Source: Squalus acanthias
Lineage: Eukaryota
DNA: 64,000 bases
Assembly: GCA_030390025.1 (NCBI GenBank)
Contig: JASTWF010000337.1
Coordinates: 248,001-312,000 of the forward strand
Direction: 5' to 3'
The position numbers and the translations under genes were made by a program. Below the pieces are notes generated by a model. That model was not told the DNA's origin, made no database searches, and saw nothing but the letters and a program-made list of their open reading frames with translations. Shown here in pieces: positions 56,401 through 64,000 of the stretch; the stretch's first letter is position 1, and each line of letters opens with the position of its first letter.

Positions 56401-59400
56401 GGAACTGATAACTGGACAAGGAACTGATAACTGGACAAGGAACTGATAACTGGACTCGGAACTGATAACTGGACAAGGAACTGATAACTGGACAAGGAAC
56501 TGATAACTGGACAAGGAACTGAAAACTGGACAGGGAACTGATAACTGGACAAGGAGCAGATAACTGGACATGGAGCAGATAACTGGACAAGGAGCAGATA
56601 ACAGGACAAGGAACTGATAACTGGACAAGGAACTGATAACTGGACAAGGAACTGATAACTGGACAAGGAGCAAAAAACTGGACTCGGAACTGATAACTGG
56701 ACAAGGAACTGATAACTGGACAAGGAACTGATAACTGGACAAGGAGCAGATAACTGGACAAGGAGCAGATAACTGGACAAGGAGCAGATAACTGGACAAG
56801 GAGCAGATAACTGGACAAGGCACTGATAACTGGACAAGGAGCAGATAACTGGACAAGGAGCAGATAACTGGACAAGGAGCAGATAACTGGACAAGGCACT
56901 GATAACTGGACAAGGAACTGATAACTGGACAAGGAACTGATAACTGGACAAGGAGCAGATAACTGGACAAGGAGCAGATAACTGGACAAGGAGCAGATAA
57001 CTGGACAAGGAGCAGATAACTGGACACGGAGCAGATAATTGGACACGGAGCAGATAACTGGACAAGGAGCAGATAACTGGACAAGGAGCAGATAACTGGA
57101 CAAGGAGCAGATAACTGGACAAGGAGCAGATAACTGGACAAGGAGCAGATAACTAGACACAGAGCAGATAACTGGACAAGGAGCAGATAACTGGACAAGG
57201 AGCAGATAACTGGACAAGGAGCAGATAACTGGACAAGGAGCAGATAACTGGACAAGGAGCAGATAACTGGACAAGGAGCAGATAACTAGACACAGAGCAG
57301 ATAACTAGACACAGAGCAGATTACTGGACACGGAGCAGATTACTGGACAAGGAGCAGATAACTGGACAGGAAACTGATAACTGGAAAAGGAACAGATAAC
57401 TGGACAAGGAGCAGATAACTGGACAAGGAGCAGATAACTGGACAGGAAACTGATAACTGGACAAGGAGCAGATAACTGGACAAGGAGCAGATAACTGGAC
57501 AGGAAACTGATAACTGGACAAGGAGCAGATAACTGGACAAGGAGCAGATAACTGGACAAGGAGCAGATAACTAGACACGGAGCAGATAACTGGACAAGGA
57601 ACTGATAACTGGACAAGGAACTGATAACTGGACATGGAGTAGAAAACTGGACAAGGAACTGATAACTGGACAAGGTGCAGATAACAGGAAAAGGAACTGA
57701 TAACTGGACAAGGAGCAGATAACTGGACAAGGAGCAGATAACAGGGCAAGGAACTGATAACTGGACAAGGAGCAGATAACTGGACAGGAAACTGATAACT
57801 GGACAGGGAGCAGATAACCGGACAAGGAACTGATAACTGGACAAGGAACTGATAATTGGACAAGGAGCAGATAACTTGACAAGGAACTGATAACTGGACA
57901 AGGAGCAGATGACTGGAGAAGGAGCAGATAACTGGAAAAGGAGCAGATAAATGGACAAGGAACTGATAACTGGACAAGGAACTGATAACTGGACAAGGAA
58001 CTGATAACTGGACAAGGAACTGATAACTGGACAAGGAACTGATAACTGGACAAGGAGCAGATAACTGGACAGGAAACTGATAACTGGACAAGGAGCAGAT
58101 AAATGGACAAGGAACTGATAACTGGACAAGGAACTGATAACTGGACAAGGAACTGATAACTGGACAAGGAACTGATAACTGGACAAGGAACTGATAACTG
58201 GACAAGGAACTGATAACTGGACAAGGAGCAGATAACTGGACAGGAAACTGATAACTGGACAAGGAGCAGATAACTGGACAGGAAACTGATAACTGGACAA
58301 GGAACTGATAATTGGACAGGGAGCAGATAACTGGACAGGAAACTGATAACTGGACAAGGAACTGATAATTGGACAGGGAGCAGATAACTGGACAAGGAGC
58401 AGATAACTGGACAATGAGCAGATAACTGGACACGGAGCAGATAATTGGACAAGGAGCAGATAACTGGAGTGGAAACTGATAACTGGACAAGGAGCAGATA
58501 ACTGGAAAAGGAGCAGATAACTGGAGTGGAAACTGATAACTGGACAAGGAGCAGATAACTGGACAAGGAGCAGATAACTAGACACGGAGCAGATAACTAG
58601 ACACGGAGCAGATAACTGGACAAGGAACTGATAACTGGACAAGGCACTGATAACTGGACAAGGAACTGATAACTGGACAAGGAACTGATAACTGGACAGG
58701 GGCAGATAACAGGACAAGGAACTGATAACTGGACAAGGAGCAGATAACTGGACAAGGAGCAGATAACTGGACAGGAAACTGATAACTGGACAAGGAGCAG
58801 ATTACTGGACAAGGAGCAGATAACTGGACAAGGAGCAGATAACTGGATAGGAAACAGATAACTGGACAAGGAACTGATAAATGGAAAAGGAACTGATAAC
58901 TGGACAAGGAACTGATAACTGGACAAGGAACTGATAACTGGACAAGGAACTGATAACTGGACAAGGAGCAAAAAACTGGACTCGGAACTGATAATTGGAC
59001 AAGGAACTGATAACTGGACAAAGAACTGATAACTGGACAAGGATCAGATAACTGGACAAGGAACTGATAACTGGACAAATACTGATAACTGGACAAGGAA
59101 CTGATTACTGGAGAATGAACTGATAACTGGACAGTGAACTGATAACTGGACAAGGAAATGATAAGTGGACAAGGAACTGATAACTGGTCAAGGAACTGAT
59201 AACTGGACAAGGAACTGAAAACTGGACAAGGAGCAGATAACTGGACAAGGAGCAGATAACTGGACAAGGAGCAGATAACTGGACAAGGAGCAGATAACTG
59301 GACAAGGAGCAGATAACTGGACAGGCAACTGATAACTGGAAAAGGAACAGATAATTGGACAGGGAGCAGATAACTGGACAAGGAGCAGATAACTGGACAA

Positions 59401-61300
59401 AAAAAAAGATAACTGGACAAAAAAAAGATAACTGGACAAGGAGCAGATAACTGGACAAGGAGCAGATAACTGGACGAGGAGCAGATAACTGGACAAGGAG
59501 CAGATAACTGGACAAGGAGCAGATAACTGGACAGGCAACTGATAACTGGACAAGGAACAGATAATTGGACAGGGAGCAGATAACTGGACAAGGAGCAGAT
59601 AACTGGACAAGGAGCAGATAACTGGACAAGGAGCAGATAACTGGACAGGCAACTGATAACTGGACAAGGAGCAGATAACTGGACAAAAAAAAGATAACTG
59701 GACAAAAAAAAGATAACTGGACAAGGAGCAGATAACTGGACAAGGAGCAGATAACTGGACGAGGAGCAGATAACTGGACAAGGAGCAGATAACTGGACAC
59801 GGAGCAGATAACTGGACACGGAGCAGATGACTGGAAAAGGAACAGATAACTGGACAAGGAGCAGATAACTGGACAAGGAGCAGATAACTGGACAGGAAAC
59901 TGATAACTGGACAAGGAGCAGATAACTGGACAAGGAGCAGATAACTGGACAAGGAGCAGATAACTGGACAAGGAGCAGATAACTGGAGAGGAAACTGATA
60001 ACTGGACAAGGAGCAGATAACTGGACAAGGAGCAGATAACTAGACACGGAGCAGATAACTGGACACGGAGCAGATAACTGGACACGGAGCAGATAACTGG
60101 ACACGGAGCAGATAACTGGACACGGAGCAGATAACTGGACACGGAGCAGATAACTGGACACGGAGCAGATAACTGGACACGGAGCAGATAACTGGACACG
60201 GAGCAGATAACTGGACACGGAGCAGATAACTGGACACGGAGCAGATAACTGGACACGGAGCAGATAACTGGACACGGAGCAGATAACTGGACAAGGAGCA
60301 GATAACTGGACAAGGAGCAGATAACTGGAAAAGGAGCAGATAACTGGAAAAGGAGCAGATAACTGGACACGGAGCAGATAACTGGACACGGAGCAGATAA
60401 CTGGACACGGAGCAGATAACTGGACACGGAGCAGATAACTGGACACGGAGCAGATAACTGGACACGGAGCAGATAACTGGACACGGAGCAGATAACTGGA
60501 CACGGAGCAGATAACTGGACACGGAGCAGATAACTGGACACGGAGCAGATAACTGGACAAGGAGCAGATAACTGGACAAGGAACTGATAACTGGACAAGG
60601 AGCTGATAACTGGACAAGGAACTGATAACTGGACAAGGAACTGATAACTGGACAAGGAACTGATAACTGGACATGGAGTAGAAAACTGGACAAGGAACTG
60701 ATAACTGGACAAATACTGATAACTGGACAAGGAGCAGATTACTGGACAAGGAGCAGATAACGGGACAAGGAGCAGATAACTGGACAAGGAACTGATAACT
60801 GGACAAGGAACTGATAACTGGACAAGGAACAGATAACTGGAGAAGGAACTGATAACTGGAGAAGGAACTGATAACTGGACATGGAGTAGAAAACTGGACA
60901 AGGAACTGATTACTGGAGATTGAACTGATAACTGGACAGTGAACTGATAACTGGACAAGGAACTGATAACTGGACAAGGAACTGATAACTGGACAAGGAG
61001 CAGATAACTGAACAAGGAACTGATAACTGGAAAAGGAGCAGATTACGGGAGAAGGAACTCATAACTGGACAAGGAGTAGATTACTGGACAAGGAACTGAT
61101 CACTGGACAAGGAGCAGATAATTGGACAAGGAGCAGATAACTGGACAAGGAGCAGATAACTGGACAAGGAGCAGATAACTGGACAGGAAACTGATAACTG
61201 GACAAGGAACTGATAACTGGACAGGGAGCAGATAACTGGACAAGGAGCAGATTACTGGACAATGAGCAGATAACTGGACAAGGAGCAGATAACTGGACAA
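41500..61300 (+). repeat. Family of dispersed multi-kb segmental duplications within the 19-mer array
   Basis: A homologous module occurs at ~42000, ~46990, ~52210, ~55155 and ~60740. Segment 45200-48100 matches 50070-53260 (offsets ~4.9-5.2 kb), 49190-49990 matches 57280-58040 (offsets 8090/8109), and 44990-45600 matches 58570-59200 (offsets 13577/13596). Confidence 0.85.
50460..56450 (+). repeat. ~3-kb tandem duplication (~50460-53480 and ~53480-56450)
   Basis: Both copies begin ctgataagtggacaaggaactgataactggtcaagg (50461, 53481). ORF offsets are 3039 (50639/53678), 3020 (51338/54358), 2943 (52003/54946, 52212/55155, 52535/55478) and 2962 (53219/56181). Confidence 0.9.
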
Positions 61301-64000
61301 GGAGCAGATAACTGGACACGGAGCAGATAATTGGACACGGAGCAGAAAACTGGAAAAGGAGCAGATAACTGGACAAGGCACTGATAACTGGACAAGGAGC
61401 AGATAACTGGACAAGGAGCAGATAACTGGACACGGAGCAGATAACTGGACACGGAGCAGATAACTGGACAAGGAACTGATAACTGGACAAGGCACTGATA
61501 ACTGGACAAGGAGCAGATAACTGGACAAGGAGCAGATAACTGGACAAGGAGCAGATAACTGGACAAGGAACTGATAACTGGACAAGGAACTGATAACTGG
61601 ACAAGGAGCAGATAACAGGACAAGGAACTGATAACTGGACAAGGAGCAGATAACTGGACAAGGAGCAGATAACTGGACAAGGAGCAGATAACTGGACAAG
61701 GAACTGATAACTGGACAGGAAACTGATAACTGGACAAGGAACTGATAATTGGACAAGGAACTGATAACTGGACAAGGAACTGATAACTGGACAAGGAACT
61801 GATAACTGGACAAGGAGCAGATAACTGGACAAGGAACTGATAACTGGACAAGGAACTGATAACTGGACAAGGAACTGATAACTGGACAAGGAACTGATAA
61901 CTGGACAAGGAACTGATAACTGGACAAGGAGCAGATTACTGGACAAGGAGCAGATAACTGGACAAGGAGCAGATAATTGGACAAGGAACTGATAACTGGA
62001 CAGGAAACTGATAACTGGACAAGGAGCAGATAACTGGACAAGGAACTGATAACTGGACAAGGAACTGATAACTGGACAAGGAACTGATAACTGGACAAGG
62101 AACTGATAACTGGACAAGGAACTGATAACTGGACAAGGAGCAGATAACTGGACAAGGAGCTGATAACAGGACAAGGAACTGATAACTGGACAAGGAACTG
62201 ATAACTGGACAAGGAACTGATAACTGGACAAGGAACTGATAACTGGACAAGGAACTGATAACTGGACAAGGAACTGATAACTGGACAAGGAACTGATAAC
62301 TGGACAAGGAACTGATAACTGGACAAGGAGCAGATAACAGGACAAGGAGCAGATAACTGGACAAGGAGCAGATAATTGGACAAGGAGCAGATAACTGGAC
62401 AAGGAACTGATAACTGGACAAGGAACTGATAACTGGACACGGAGCAGATAATGGACAAGGAGCAGATAACTGGACAAGGAACTGATAACTGGACAAGGAG
62501 CAGATAACTGGACAAGGAGCAGATAACTGGACAAGGAGCAGATAACTGGACACGGAGCAGATAACTGGACAAGGAACTGATAACTGGACAAGGAACTGAT
62601 AACTGGACAAGGAACAGATAACTGGACAAGGAGCAGATAACTGGACAAGGAACTGATAACTGGACAAGGAACTGATAACTGGACAAGGAACTGATAACTG
62701 GACAAGGAGCAGATAACTGGACAAGGAACAGATAACTGGACAAGGAGCAGATAACTGGACACGGAGCAGATAACTGGACAAGGAACTGATAACTGGACAA
62801 GGAACTGATAACTGGACAAGGAGCAGATAACTGGACAAGGAACTGATAACTGGACAAGGAGCAGATAACTGGACAAGGAACTGATAACTGGACAGGAGCA
62901 GATAACTGGACAAGGAACTGATAACTGGACAAGGAACTGATAACTGGACAAGGAACTGATAACTGGACAAGGAGCAGATAACTGGACAAGGAACAGATAA
63001 CTGGACAAGGAACTGATAACTGGACAAGGAACTGATAACTGGACAAGGAGCAGATAACTGGACAAGGAGCAGATAACTGGACAAGGAACTGATAACTGGA
63101 CAAGGAACTGATAACTGGACAAGGAACTGATAACTGGACAAGGAACTGATAACTGGACAAGGAGCAGATAACTGGACAAGGAACTGATAACTGGACAAGG
63201 AACTGATAACTGGACAAGGAGCAGATAACTGGACAAGGAACTGATAACTGGACAAGGAGCAGATAACTGGACAAGGAACTGATAACTGGACAAGGAACTG
63301 ATAACTGGACTAGGAGCAGATAACTGGACAAGGAACTGATAACTGGACAAGGAACTGATAACTGGACAAGGAACTGATAACTGGACAAGGAGCAGATAAC
63401 TGGACAAGGAACTGATAACTGGACAAGGAGCAGATAACTGGACAAGGAACTGATAACTGGACAAGGAACTGATAACTGGACAAGGAGCAGATAACTGGAC
63501 AAGGAACTGATAACTGGACAAGGAACTGATAACTGGACAAGGAACTGATAACTGGACAAGGAACTGATAACTGGACAAGGAACTGATAACTGGACAAGGA
63601 ACTGATAACTGGACTAGGAGCAGATAACTGGACAAGGAACTGATAACTGGACAAGGAGCAGATAACTGGACAAGGAACTGATAACTGGACAAGGAACTGA
63701 TAACTGGACAAGGAACTGATAACTGGACAAGGAACTGATAACTGGACAAGGAGCAGATAACTGGACAAGGAACTGATAACTGGACAAGGAACTGATAACT
63801 GGACAAGGAGCAGATAACTGGACAAGGAACTGATAACTGGACAAGGAACTGATAACTGGACAAGGAACTGATAACTGGACTAGGAGCAGATAACTGGACA
63901 AGGAACTGATAACTGGACAAGGAGCAGATAACTGGACAAGGAACTGATAACTGGACAAGGAACTGATAACTGGACAAGGAACTGATAACTGGACTAGGAG

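Larger units (their letters stand above)
8575..64000 (+). repeat. 19-bp satellite array, at least 55 kb, continuing beyond the right edge
   Basis: Continuous 19-nt periodicity with two dominant monomers, ACTGGACAAGGAACTGATA (type A) and ACTGGACAAGGAGCAGATA (type B). Point variants and occasional 18-nt units (e.g. ACTGGACAAATACTGATA) occur. It starts with a degenerate unit (gaaaagcagcacata, ~8576-8590). Length/19 gives about 2,900 units. Confidence 0.98.

Noticed and set aside
8425..63977. Long - strand ORFs (up to 1154 aa) in the 19-mer array
   Set aside because: Same artefact: three overlapping frames give one 19-aa repeat, stops and 18-nt frameshifting units are scattered freely, and there is no sign of codon-level constraint.
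8575..64000. Telomerase-made telomeric tract or telomere fusion site
   Set aside because: There is no TTAGGG-type or other telomere motif I recognise (one GGGTTAG at ~9126 is a lone variant). Kb-scale duplications of variant order indicate recombination, and the polarity at the junction is opposite to an end-to-end fusion.
8575..64000. Immunoglobulin switch-region-like repeat
   Set aside because: AGCT occurs only in a minor variant, G-runs are lacking, and no constant-region exons are visible.
8575..64000. Nucleosome-length coincidence (9 x 19 = 171 bp; 6 x 28 = 168 bp)
   Set aside because: No consistent 9-mer or 6-mer higher-order period is visible in the variant pattern, so this is numerology without support.
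8575..64000. Composite TAL1/GATA1 element (CTG-N7-8-WGATA)
   Set aside because: The spacing in the monomer is 10 nt, outside the known spacing.

Overview
The window is almost entirely non-coding tandem-repeat (satellite/minisatellite) DNA, most likely eukaryotic; the organism cannot be identified from this sequence. It has three parts. (1) 1..~8316 is a degenerate 28-bp repeat array (consensus CAGCACTCCCTTTTACTGTGCTCTCTAT, about 295 units, pyrimidine-rich on +). (2) ~8317..8574 is a ~260-bp unique island with two imperfect inverted repeats and candidate splice signals. (3) ~8575..64000 is a 19-bp repeat array (ACTGGACAAGGAACTGATA / ACTGGACAAGGAGCAGATA, about 2,900 units, purine-rich on +) that runs off the right end. 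The two monomers resemble each other as reverse complements, so the arrays point in opposite directions around the island. The 19-mer array has nested higher-order structure: a recurring variant cassette, ~1.4-1.8 kb repeats, ~3 kb and ~9.8 kb tandem duplications, dispersed multi-kb duplications, and a variant found only in the outer parts of the visible array. The many long ORFs are artefacts: one strand of each monomer has no stop triplet, and both unit lengths are 1 mod 3. I find no recognisable protein-coding gene, RNA gene, transposon or CRISPR array. All coordinates and counts were read by eye and are approximate.
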